A stretch of 64,000 nucleotides of DNA from Nostoc sp. DedSLP01 (lineage in GTDB: Bacteria; Cyanobacteriota; Cyanobacteriia; Cyanobacteriales; Nostocaceae). The stretch is from the NCBI GenBank assembly GCA_034530875.2, contig JAVRCJ020000015.1:133580-197579 (forward strand), given 5' to 3'. This document shows positions 42,406-51,790 of the stretch, piece by piece (the stretch's first letter is position 1; every line of letters starts with the position of its first letter). The notes under the pieces were generated by a model that saw nothing but the letters and a program-made list of their open reading frames with translations, did not search any database and was not told the DNA's origin. The position numbers and the translations under genes are program-made.

Positions 42406-42978
42406 GAAATATAAAGAACTTTACCAATCTTATCGGGTGCTTTTTAAACTGGGATGAAGTTTGAAGTTAACAATTCCCTCCTGTCCGTTGAACGACGAGG
42501 ATTTTTCCTTCATTCAACATCCCCCTAAAAGCAGCCAGCCAGTAGGGTACGTTATCGTGCCAGCGTAACACCGTCAACTTGATGAAACTGATACATACAC
42601 TTCCTCGATTTAGTATTTAAGTGTAAAGAAATGCGATCGCAATCGCTTCGATCCGCGATCCGTCCATACCATGATTTTTTAGCGCAATACGGATCTAGCT
42701 TGTCAGTTTGAACTGTGTAAAAAAGATGTAAAAAATGTAATCGTTTACCTCCACAAGTATTTACCAAATAAAAAATAATAAACCAGTTGAGCAACAATCA
42801 GCAAAACGCTTTTGCTACAAGGTTTGTGAGAGACATTGCTCCTTACTCTCTAGAAATGATCGCGCAAAGTAAAGTGATAACTACTGATAAATATTGATAA
42901 ATAGTGATAACTCTTATGTATCAATTGTTTCTATCATTCGCCTCTCTTCATAAGCCGCTGCCACCATTGCGATCGCTG

Positions 42979-43374
42979 CTAGTTTGGCGGATCAATGCGT
43001 GTTAGCTGTACCAGGATAGCCCCAAGCTGGTTTAATGCCGCGTTAGTGGTTCGCTGATTCTCTAAAAAATCTCGCTTCAATTCCTCATGGCTATCGCGTA
43101 ACTCTAGCAACACATCATCTAAGATCGCACTACGACCTAAGACACGTGTAACGTTATCAGTTAACTCAGCGATCGCCTGAATATTAGCTTCTTGCTGTTG
43201 TTCAATGCGGGTAAGTATTTCATCGTGCCGTGCAACTGTTTCTGATGTTGTGGTGGCTATCTGGGCTACCTGTGCCATCAATGGAGCTAGTTGATTAAGC
43301 ATTTCAGCATGGCTTGTCAGCATGGCTTCAAGCCGATCTAGTCTGTTAGGTGGCGTTCCTCCATTACTTGTCAT
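42979..43374 (-). CDS. Coiled-coil hypothetical protein
   Basis: RLDRLEA start, heptad pattern, GGAGG RBS. Confidence 0.7.
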   Translation of the reverse strand: MTSNGGTPPNRLDRLEAMLTSHAEMLNQLAPLMAQVAQIATTTSETVARHDEILTRIEQQQEANIQAIAELTDNVTRVLGRSAILDDVLLELRDSHEELKRDFLENQRTTNAALNQLGAILVQLTRIDPPN

Positions 43375-43436
43375 CGCCCTGCCTCCAGCATTTTAGCGAT
43401 CGCCTGCCTTCAAAAACATTCAGGTGTGGTTGGTGG

Positions 43437-43724
43437 CTAGTTTGTTGGCGTGTTACCATTGCCGCCCTGCCTTAATAAATACTCCCAAATACGATCGATA
43501 TTTTGTTGGCTTGTTCTCAAGGCTTGCTGATGTAGTCGGGCGATATCAGCGAGATTAGCTACCGTTCTCTCTAGTCGCGCAAGCGCTTGACTATTAGCAC
43601 GAGTTTCACGCCTTACCCCATCTTGAATAGTACGGATAAGGTCAATTTCATCTCCCAATTGCTCTAGGCGATTATCGATATCGTCAAGCCTTGGAGTTAA
43701 ATCTTCTGGGTGTGAATTGGTCAT
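43437..43724 (-). CDS. Coiled-coil hypothetical protein
   Basis: Heptad pattern, IDRIWEYL C-terminus, ATGA overlap with the upstream gene. Confidence 0.7.
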   Translation of the reverse strand: MTNSHPEDLTPRLDDIDNRLEQLGDEIDLIRTIQDGVRRETRANSQALARLERTVANLADIARLHQQALRTSQQNIDRIWEYLLRQGGNGNTPTN

Positions 43725-43978
43725 TTACCCGCCTCCAGCATTTTAGCGATCGCCTCTTTATCAAAACAGTCTAGATAGCTTACCAGTTCTCGAAATTGCT
43801 GGTATTTTTCCTCAGCATAGGTATCTGGTGTGAATCCTAGAACTTCACAGAACTTTAAGTAGTCAGCCCGCCAATGGAAGTTATTTAGCGCAGTAGTAAA
43901 GCTTTCTGCTGTCTCTAGCGCTTCTGGGGATATCTCTGGTTTTTGTCCCTGGTAAGTTCCTCCTAGCGCTTCGCTCAT
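43721..43978 (-). CDS. Hypothetical protein
   Basis: 85 aa; ATGA-coupled on both sides. Confidence 0.7.
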   Translation of the reverse strand: MSEALGGTYQGQKPEISPEALETAESFTTALNNFHWRADYLKFCEVLGFTPDTYAEEKYQQFRELVSYLDCFDKEAIAKMLEAGK

Positions 43979-44145
43979 GCTGCCCCCTTACCTTGGCTCG
44001 ATTCCCGTTCAGCTACGTAGTCTTTAATAAAACTGAGTAAAACATCTTTCATGTTTTTCCCTTCCCTAGCTACAGCTGACTTGAACTGATTTCTTAGCTC
44101 GTCAGGCATTTCTACTCGAATAGCAACAAGTTTAGTTTCATCCAT
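43975..44145 (-). CDS. Ribbon-helix-helix DNA-binding protein, ParG/CopG-like (56 aa, not in the ORF track)
   Basis: Manual translation MDETKLVAIRVEMPDELRNQFKSAVAREGKNMKDVLLSFIKDYV...; beta-alpha-alpha pattern; stop overlaps the next ATG. Confidence 0.7.
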   Translation of the reverse strand: MDETKLVAIRVEMPDELRNQFKSAVAREGKNMKDVLLSFIKDYVAERESSQGKGAA

Positions 44146-44307
44146 ATAACAACTTTAAGCCTGTAGTGCCTATATTCTTGCACTTCATGCCTTAATACCG
44201 CTATTGGATAAAATGAATTTATTTGTCTAGTATGCACTATATGCTATATTGCAAACTAATGCAACTTATGCATTGTTTGGAAAAGACTGCAAACACTTAA
44301 AACCCTT

Positions 44308-44541
44308 ATGAGTCAAGGCTTTATCGATATTGAATGCAATGTGACTGAAGGTTTCGCTGAAGCTTCACTGCAAACTTTCACTGCAAACGAGTTAGCCGAA
44401 CGGCTTTCAGTGTCTGTTCGTTCGATCTATGGGTATGCCAATCGCATCCTTGAGGCATGGCACTGGCTACCAGAGAGTGAATTTAGAACCAATGGCATCT
44501 ACCTGACTTTTCCCGTTAAGTCTCGAAAAGCTTGGTGGTAA
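44308..44541 (+). pseudogene. HTH protein truncated by an IS insertion
   Basis: FTANELAERLSVSVRSIY HTH motif; reading frame runs into an IS end at about 44499. Confidence 0.55.
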
Positions 44542-44716
44542 AGGATTTAAGAAACAGTACAGCAAATACGGTACAGTAATTGAAATCGCGTGCTAAAGGT
44601 AACAAGCAATGCTGGACTGGTGGGAGAAAAATTTTGCAACCTTACAACTGGGCGATCGCCGATTAAATGAGCGTGCAATGTCGATAGGCTATGCTTTAAG
44701 TCTGGAAGTCCCTTAA
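44499..44716 (+). mobile_element. IS4-family (IS50/Tn5-like) remnant: left end plus a transposase N-terminal fragment at 44609-44716
   Basis: MLDWWEKNFATLQLGDRRLNERA matches the W...F....LGD.RL..R transposase N-terminal pattern. Confidence 0.65.
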
Positions 44717-44754
44717 CATTGCAGGTCGATGCATTAAGGATTTTAGCGCTTATT

Positions 44755-46104
44755 TTAGTATTTCTCTAATAAAAGCTTGACTTCTGCTTGCAATTCCCAA
44801 TCTTTCATTGCTTCCCACTCAGCTTGACGCACTGCTAAAAAAGCTGCCGACAAATGAGGATTTAAAGCATTTAAAAGCATATCATCGTTTTTCAAGCGGT
44901 CTAAAGCTTCCCCCAAACTTTGTGGTAAAAGGTCAATACCATTGGCATGACGTTCTTCAATAGGCAAATGTCCGGGGTCTTGTGCAACAGGATTCCCGGG
45001 TTTTAGATTCCGTTCCACACCATCAAGTCCGGCTGCAATTACGGCACCTAAAGCCAGGTAAGGATTAGCTGATGCATCAACGGTTTTTAACTCAAAATGA
45101 GTGGAACCGATGAATGCGGGATTACTTGGTACTCTCACCGCGGCTTCACGGTTATCTAGTCCCCAACAACGGAAAGCACCACTCCAAAAGTGAGGACGAA
45201 TGCGGCGGTAAGAGTTAGTACTAGGAGTAGTTAACGCCATCATTGCTGGTAAATGGTCTAGTATGCCAGCGATAAATGCTTCACCTATCTCGGAAACGCC
45301 GCAGATACCTTGCGGGTCTGGTAAAAGATTTTGTCCGTTACGCCAAAGACTAAGATGGATATGACAACCGCTACCAGCAGCATCGGCAAAAATTTTCGGT
45401 AAAAAAGAGGCTGTAAGATTGTGTTGATGAGCGATCGCTCTCACAGTTTCTCTAAAAGTAACCTGCCAGTCTGCTGCCCGTAAAGCATCAGTATATCGTA
45501 TAGAGATTTCTTGTTGACCGGGGCCGGATTCTGGATAATACTGCTCTACAGGAATTCCTTGGTCAATGAGTGCTTGGGCAATTTCATCAATTACTTCTCG
45601 ATTTCTATCCATTGCTTGGGTAGAAGCAAAAACTGTAGAATCTGCGGCTACAATTCCTTGTGATGTTTGCTGTAACAGGTAAAATTCATTTTCAAATGCA
45701 GCGCGAATTTCCAACCCCTGGCGTCTGGCTGCTTCAATCATTCGTATTAAGAAATTACGCGGACACAACGCCCAAGGACTGCCATCAAGTACCATATTTC
45801 CCATAACACGAGCATGGCCGGGAGCGTAGGGTAAAGGAGTGAAGCTAAACCAATCTGGTATTAAGCGGATTTCCCCTACTGGAGTTAGGCCAGTTTCGGG
45901 AATCACAGCATCGTACATTACAGGTACTCCCTGCTGTCCCGCAGAAATGCCAACACCATAATCAAAGTACTGGGATAACATTTCTACATGAACGGCTTTG
46001 CCGCGAATGATGTTGGCATTGTCACACCAAAGAATACGGACAAACTTGATTCCACTTTGTTGAAGAGATTTTTTAACTTTCTTAAACGTTTTATTTACTG
46101 CCAT
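44755..46104 (-). CDS. Glutamine synthetase-like gamma-glutamyl ligase (FluG C-terminal-like; not canonical GlnA)
   Basis: FENEFY, ESGPGQQE, GSGCHIHLS, NREAAVR, ELKTVD and NPYLA motifs. Confidence 0.9.
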   Translation of the reverse strand: MAVNKTFKKVKKSLQQSGIKFVRILWCDNANIIRGKAVHVEMLSQYFDYGVGISAGQQGVPVMYDAVIPETGLTPVGEIRLIPDWFSFTPLPYAPGHARVMGNMVLDGSPWALCPRNFLIRMIEAARRQGLEIRAAFENEFYLLQQTSQGIVAADSTVFASTQAMDRNREVIDEIAQALIDQGIPVEQYYPESGPGQQEISIRYTDALRAADWQVTFRETVRAIAHQHNLTASFLPKIFADAAGSGCHIHLSLWRNGQNLLPDPQGICGVSEIGEAFIAGILDHLPAMMALTTPSTNSYRRIRPHFWSGAFRCWGLDNREAAVRVPSNPAFIGSTHFELKTVDASANPYLALGAVIAAGLDGVERNLKPGNPVAQDPGHLPIEERHANGIDLLPQSLGEALDRLKNDDMLLNALNPHLSAAFLAVRQAEWEAMKDWELQAEVKLLLEKY

Positions 46105-46354
46105 TGTTGAACAAGACGCGGGGACTTGATGAAATTATCGGGTTTTTGAGTTGGTTTGACTATGGTTTTTTGGCAGGGAACAGCTTTGAAAACCTGCCTA
46201 AATATGGGTCGTAAGCTCCTAAGTTTATTTATAAACAGGAATAAAAATATTTTTTCATAAGACACGTAGTCTAATAAAAGATATGTCCTGATTCAAATCC
46301 CCTAATTTGAATTATCAGGATTTCCCTATTGCCCATTCCCTATTCCCTTTTAAA

Positions 46355-47584
46355 ATGAATACATCCCACATCCCCAAATTACCCGTACCGCCACCGCTTG
46401 TGGGGTCAGAAGTTGGTTCTTTTACTGAGTTTACAGTTACCCAGCGAATGCCTGCGATCGCCCGCCGAGTTATCGCAGAAAATAACTTCCCATCAGAGAT
46501 TAATACCAGTTTGGAAAATCTAGCTACAGAATTGCCAACGGGATATGTGCGGCCGCTGGGAAATGATACTGGTATAGATTTTTCTGCCTGGAATACACAT
46601 TTAGAATTTTATAAAAATCAGCGTTGGGTAGATGTTCCCTGGTTTTTTGCCGAAACTTATTTTTATCGGTTAATTCTGGATATTACCAATTATTTTCGCC
46701 CTGGTGAATGGCAAGGTGTCGATCCCTTTGGGTTGCAAAAATCTCAAGGTTTGGAAGCCTCTATTGATTCAAGTCTTTTATTGTGTACTCAAGTAAATAA
46801 TTGGTTAGAGAATTCACAGCTAGATGAAGAATCAAAGCAAACAGCTTTTATCGCACTTTTACACTTTGCTTTATGGGGCAATCGAGTTGATTTGAGTTTA
46901 TGGTCAGCATTCGAGGATGACCGCAGTCGTTTTGATATTCAAAGCCAACTAGCTCACATCTTAGTAGATGATGCTCCCCAAGTTGCACAATTATTAACCA
47001 ATTCTCAGGGAGGGCGAATTGATTTTGTTGTCGATAACGCTGGTTTTGAATTAGTTTGTGATTTATGCTTGGTAGATTTTCTCTTAAATAGCGACACGAT
47101 TAATCGAGTTTATCTACACTTAAAGCCACATCCAACTTTTGTATCTGATGCCACGATTAAGGATGTACATTCCACAATAAAATTTTTAGCTACTACTAGC
47201 CACGAACAAGTGATATCCTTCGCCCAAAGATTGCAACAAAATATAGCATCAGGGCGTTTAGTTCTAGCTGAAGATTATTTTTGGACATCACCTTTAGCCT
47301 TTTGGGAAATACCAGACTCTCTAAAAGATGAGTTAGCTAAAGCCAATTTGCTTATAATCAAAGGAGATGCAAATTATCGTCGATTATTAGGCGATCGCCA
47401 TTGGGATTTCACCACCAACATTGCAGATGTAGTCAGTTACCTACCCGTACCAATGGTAGCTTTACGCACTCTAAAATCAGAAGTAGCAGTCGGTTTAAAA
47501 CCAGAACTTATTGAGCAAGTAGCAAAATCTGACTCTTCTTGGTTGACAAATGGACAATGGGGTGTTGTTCAGTTAGTAGCTTAG
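46355..47584 (+). CDS. Damage-control phosphatase, ARMT1/DUF89 family
   Basis: WGNRVDLS, VDNAGFEL, KGDANYRRL and LRTLKS motifs. Confidence 0.9.
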   Translation: MNTSHIPKLPVPPPLVGSEVGSFTEFTVTQRMPAIARRVIAENNFPSEINTSLENLATELPTGYVRPLGNDTGIDFSAWNTHLEFYKNQRWVDVPWFFAETYFYRLILDITNYFRPGEWQGVDPFGLQKSQGLEASIDSSLLLCTQVNNWLENSQLDEESKQTAFIALLHFALWGNRVDLSLWSAFEDDRSRFDIQSQLAHILVDDAPQVAQLLTNSQGGRIDFVVDNAGFELVCDLCLVDFLLNSDTINRVYLHLKPHPTFVSDATIKDVHSTIKFLATTSHEQVISFAQRLQQNIASGRLVLAEDYFWTSPLAFWEIPDSLKDELAKANLLIIKGDANYRRLLGDRHWDFTTNIADVVSYLPVPMVALRTLKSEVAVGLKPELIEQVAKSDSSWLTNGQWGVVQLVA

Positions 47585-47830
47585 TACAGCATTTCATGAG
47601 TTCATAGCGAATTCTCTGCGTCCCTTTGCGCTTACCTCTGTGATACTTTGCGTTTAAATTTCAACCCTCAGTTTGCCACGATTTTATGCAAAGCTGTACT
47701 TAGGCAATGAAAAATTGAGGGCGTTGCATAAATGCGGGTTATCTCACGCAGAGGCGCTCCAGACGCGGAGAGAATAAGGAGTTAAAAATTTCAATACATC
47801 AAAATTCATCCCCTGATTCAGCAATGCCCT
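47583..47830. repeat. Two adjacent MITE-like elements (AGTACAGC...GCTGTACT and AGGGCGTTGC...GCAATGCCCT)
   Basis: Short terminal inverted repeats visible between convergent genes. Confidence 0.5.
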
Positions 47831-48287
47831 AATTTACTTCATACCTCTGTTTATGACGAGCCATAAGCTTGAGGTATTTTTCATTTGTTTTTGCTTGCAT
47901 CCATTTAGTTTTAAATATTGCCGCTGATTCAGCTTTTATCGGGTCTACTTCATAAGGTAAAATCTCTTTTGGCGAATCTTTTTTGTATTTTCTACCGCTT
48001 TTATGATTGGCATAACGCCGAGAGCGAGTATAACCCATTTGAATAAATTTTCTTGCCATATCTGCTCCGACAAAATCATCTTGTTCGAGATAAGCAAGAA
48101 ACATTTCGTAGATTTTTTCGCTTGATTCTCTAGCAATTTCAGGAGTTTTAAATCGCCAGAAAGGAAGAATTTCTGATTTGTAAGGTTCTACCAAAAGTAC
48201 ACCTTGCTCCCCCTTCCCAACGCGATAAAGTTCGGGATGCTGCCGAAAATCGATATTTGGAAAATCTAAAGAATAATCAAAAGGCAT
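47829..48287 (-). CDS. DUF4385 family protein
   Basis: YRVGKGEQGVL and DMARKFIQMGYTRSRRYANH motifs. Confidence 0.85.
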   Translation of the reverse strand: MPFDYSLDFPNIDFRQHPELYRVGKGEQGVLLVEPYKSEILPFWRFKTPEIARESSEKIYEMFLAYLEQDDFVGADMARKFIQMGYTRSRRYANHKSGRKYKKDSPKEILPYEVDPIKAESAAIFKTKWMQAKTNEKYLKLMARHKQRYEVN

Positions 48288-48481
48288 GGTAAAACAGAAT
48301 TCAGAATTCAGAATTCAGGAGTCAGAATAAATGAAGGTATATATTAAACCGTTGTATTTATCCATTAGTCGGATAAAATTTCTTGTAGATGCTGACTCTT
48401 TTATTGATAGATTCTTATTAGAAATAGTAAACTTTAAGAAAAAAGCTCGACTTCTATCTGTGTACGTAAATTTTGTTTACT

Positions 48482-48949
48482 ATGCTATCTAGTGCCCAAT
48501 CAACCAACAGCGTCCTTACTCCCGGCGATTTGCGTAGAGTGCATCATATTGCGCTGAACGTCAAAAATATGCAAGCTTCCCGACATTTTTATGGGACTAT
48601 CCTCGGTTTCCACGAACTGACAGGCGATGAAGTACCCGCAACCCTGGTGGAACTCGTTGCATCTGGAAAAGTAGCCAATTTCATCACCCCAGATGGTACG
48701 ATACTAGATTTATTTGGCGAACCAGAATTATCACCACCAGATCCCGATCCAGAAAAGACATTCACTAGAGCCTACCATCTAGCTTTTGATATCGATCCGC
48801 AGTTATTCGATCGCGCGGTGACAGTAATCAGAGAGAATAAAATAGCGATCGCTCACGGCCCAGTCACTCGTCCTACTGGTAGAGGAGTCTACTTGTACGA
48901 CCCAGATGGCTTTATGATTGAAATTCGTTGCGATCCAGAAGCTAATTAA
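48482..48949 (+). CDS. VOC/glyoxalase family protein
   Basis: VHHIAL, YHLAF and YDPDGFMIE motifs. Confidence 0.88.
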   Translation: MLSSAQSTNSVLTPGDLRRVHHIALNVKNMQASRHFYGTILGFHELTGDEVPATLVELVASGKVANFITPDGTILDLFGEPELSPPDPDPEKTFTRAYHLAFDIDPQLFDRAVTVIRENKIAIAHGPVTRPTGRGVYLYDPDGFMIEIRCDPEAN

Positions 48950-48977
48950 GTCAAGAATAATAGCAAAAGTATCTCTT

Positions 48978-49274
48978 ATGCCCGCAAACCTGACGCAAAT
49001 ATTTAAAGTAATTGAAGACACAATAACCAAACCGCCAATTCCCCACGAACCATACAAACAATCATTAAAAGCCTGGGCAATGTATTGTTTGCGAGATAAA
49101 GGCTTTAAAGTTATTTACGCCCAAAATGCCGACTTTGCCATTGAAACAAAAGGCATAGAAAAACTATATTTTAAAGTCTCCAATAGTCCCGATAATTTAG
49201 ATAACTCTATTAACTGGATAGTTTGGGATAGTACAACCAAAACCGCTACCCTCATTCCTCAAAATATAGACTGA
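48978..49274 (+). CDS. Conserved hypothetical protein
   Basis: ATG start after the VOC gene; KAWAMYCLRD motif. Confidence 0.7.
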   Translation: MPANLTQIFKVIEDTITKPPIPHEPYKQSLKAWAMYCLRDKGFKVIYAQNADFAIETKGIEKLYFKVSNSPDNLDNSINWIVWDSTTKTATLIPQNID

Positions 49275-49631
49275 TGCTATTGCTTTAGGATAGAGATTTA
49301 GAATCGGCAGTTACGCGATTTTGTGAAATCAGATTTGAATGTTTTAAATCTTGCCCTAACTCAGATAGTACCACTTTGTTTTAAAGCTTATTACTGCTCC
49401 AGCAAGTCCGCCTGTCAATAAGTTTTGATACGCAGTAACCATGTTTTGTTATGCGTTAGTCTAAACTCTATTTGTAATTAGATTCAGAGAATAGACTTCT
49501 TGCAAAAGTCTTTCTTTTCGTCCTCTTATTTGCGCTTAAGAATGCGGGAACGCTCAAGGCAAATATGCGAGCAAAAAATCATTTATGCAAGAAGTCTAAT
49601 ATTTCGGAGCAAATTTCACAGGACTAAAAAG

Positions 49632-49961
49632 ATGGAGTTAATTCAGTCAGAAGCCGTTCGGCACATAGTAATTTTTAAGTACAAAAAGGAAGCTACAGAA
49701 GAGAAAATTACTCAGGTGACAAAAGCCTTTCGGGAACTGAAAGATAAAATTCCAGGTATTCTCTCTTTTGAGACTGGTGTTAACAACAGTACAGAGGGAT
49801 TAAATCTGGGTTTTACGCATGTATATCTGCTAACTTTTGAAAATATTAAAGCTCGTAATGATTATCTGCCTCATCAAGAACACAAAAAATTTCAACAACT
49901 ACTAGAAAGTTTAGATATCCATGAAGATTCATTTGTAGTTGATTATATTCTCGAAAATTGA
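49632..49961 (+). CDS. Dabb (stress-responsive A/B barrel) protein
   Basis: RHIVIFK, IPGI, GFTH and YLPHQEH motifs. Confidence 0.85.
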   Translation: MELIQSEAVRHIVIFKYKKEATEEKITQVTKAFRELKDKIPGILSFETGVNNSTEGLNLGFTHVYLLTFENIKARNDYLPHQEHKKFQQLLESLDIHEDSFVVDYILEN

Positions 49962-50032
49962 TATAAATTGCGTCACTCTCCTTACCTTGTAGGGAAAGGG
50001 AATAGGGATTATATCTGTGCGGTATATTTTCC

Positions 50033-50713
50033 TTATTTCGACAAACACTGCACGAATAGCTGATGTTCTGGGGAATTTAACCCCAGCTGCAACACAGCCA
50101 AAACTTGCTGTATATTCCCAGCAAGTAAATCTGAGATTGACAACCACAAACCAGGAAAGACTTGACTTTTAATAACTCCATTTGCATCCATTTCTAAGGA
50201 TACATATTCTCCTTCTTGCAGCCGAAACCAATCTAATTTATTTTCAAATATTTGCCAAACAATATATTCTTTAACCCCATTGCGAGAATAAGCTTTTTTC
50301 TTATCATGTAAATCAATAGCAACACTACTAGCTGCTATCTCCACTACAAGTTCTGGCGCACCTTCTATATAATCATCATCGCCCAAACGAGATTGTCCTT
50401 TAGCTATCGGTGTAATTAATAAGACCCCATCTGGTTGTGGTTCATTATCTGAATCTAAGCGGACAGTTGGTTCAATTCCTAACCTCACACTAGGGGTTGA
50501 TGCGGCATAAACTCCCAACCAAGTGATTGTATGACCATGTGGTTCAGCATGACTTTCAAAACGCAATGGTGATCCCAAGTATACAACTCCTTCAATTAAT
50601 TCTGCCTTTTGATGGCGGGACATTGCTTGATAGCGTCGCTCAAATTCGTAGCGAGTGAGGCGATCGCCATTTTCTAAAAAAGGAATTTTCTGCTTGAGTG
50701 CTAAGTCTACCAT
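50033..50713 (-). CDS. Uma2 family endonuclease-like protein
   Basis: LENGDRL, EPQPD, PELVVEIA and GVKEY motifs. Confidence 0.88.
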   Translation of the reverse strand: MVDLALKQKIPFLENGDRLTRYEFERRYQAMSRHQKAELIEGVVYLGSPLRFESHAEPHGHTITWLGVYAASTPSVRLGIEPTVRLDSDNEPQPDGVLLITPIAKGQSRLGDDDYIEGAPELVVEIAASSVAIDLHDKKKAYSRNGVKEYIVWQIFENKLDWFRLQEGEYVSLEMDANGVIKSQVFPGLWLSISDLLAGNIQQVLAVLQLGLNSPEHQLFVQCLSK

Positions 50714-50763
50714 AATTTCTGACTCTGGCAAGGGATATTATTTTATTATGGCTTGCTGGATAT

Positions 50764-51537
50764 TTATCTTGTCAAAAATTCGCTAGAATCCGGTTTTTCA
50801 AATATCATTAAATGCTGTTGAGGTAACAAATTTTTAGTTTCCCGCCAAACTAAACCAACAGCTTGCATTTCTTTCCAGACTTGTTTTTGAGTCATTTTGT
50901 GCAAGCCCTTTATCAGAATAAAAGGATTTTCACCTCGATACTCAACTAGTACTACCCTACCTCCCGGCTTCAGTGCTTTCACAATTTTTTGCATTACTTC
51001 TTGGGGATATTCCAGTTCGTGATAAGCATCTACCATCAACGCCAAGTCAATACTTTCAGTTGGTAAATTAGGGTCAGTAAGAGTTGCTAAAACAGGTTCA
51101 ACATTAGTAATATTTTTCTCTTGTTTAAACAACTCAATAATCTCTAACATTTCTGGCTGAACATCTACAGCCAACACTTTACCTGTTATTAATAGAGGTG
51201 CAATCCGAAAGCTTAAATAACCAGTGCCAGCACCAATATCTGCTACCACATCGTTAGGTTTGAGGTTAAGCACGCTAACTATTTTGTTTGGCTGTTCTTC
51301 CATCTCTCGGCTTGGTCGTTCTAGCCAGCCAGCGCCAGTGTATCCCATAACTTTGGCAATTTCTCGCCCCATGTAATATTTGCCAATACCATCAGGACTA
51401 TGAATTACACGTTGTTCGTAAACTGTTGTAGAAGAATCTGCTTTTGCTATAGCAATTGGAGCCAGCAGTAAGTACCCTAACACAACTAGAAAAATGAGTA
51501 TAAAAGCAAAAAAATTAGATTTGGAACTATGAATCAT
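50764..51537 (-). CDS. Class I SAM-dependent methyltransferase with N-terminal signal/TM segment
   Basis: ADIGAGTG, VDAYHE and LKPGG motifs. Confidence 0.88.
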   Translation of the reverse strand: MIHSSKSNFFAFILIFLVVLGYLLLAPIAIAKADSSTTVYEQRVIHSPDGIGKYYMGREIAKVMGYTGAGWLERPSREMEEQPNKIVSVLNLKPNDVVADIGAGTGYLSFRIAPLLITGKVLAVDVQPEMLEIIELFKQEKNITNVEPVLATLTDPNLPTESIDLALMVDAYHELEYPQEVMQKIVKALKPGGRVVLVEYRGENPFILIKGLHKMTQKQVWKEMQAVGLVWRETKNLLPQQHLMIFEKPDSSEFLTR

Positions 51538-51790
51538 ATTAAGTGTATTTAATCACTTCGTTCATAGGTTATCACTTCTTGAAATGAGTTGTATCAATTA
51601 TCGATCGCCAAATTCTTGTATTAGCTGAAAATTTGCTTACAACTGTAACCATGTATCGAGCGATCGCCAATCGTAATCATGCCTTTAAGAATCACAAATT
51701 AATCTTCTAGAGCGATGTGGAAGTAAACACTAACATTATTTACTAAAAACGGCTCTTTCAAAATTCGTTATCCCACCTTTAGACGCTGAT

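Noticed and set aside
44755..46104. Calling this gene glnA
   Set aside because: It lacks GSI-beta hallmarks such as the N-terminal FDGSS motif; it is a GS-like ligase
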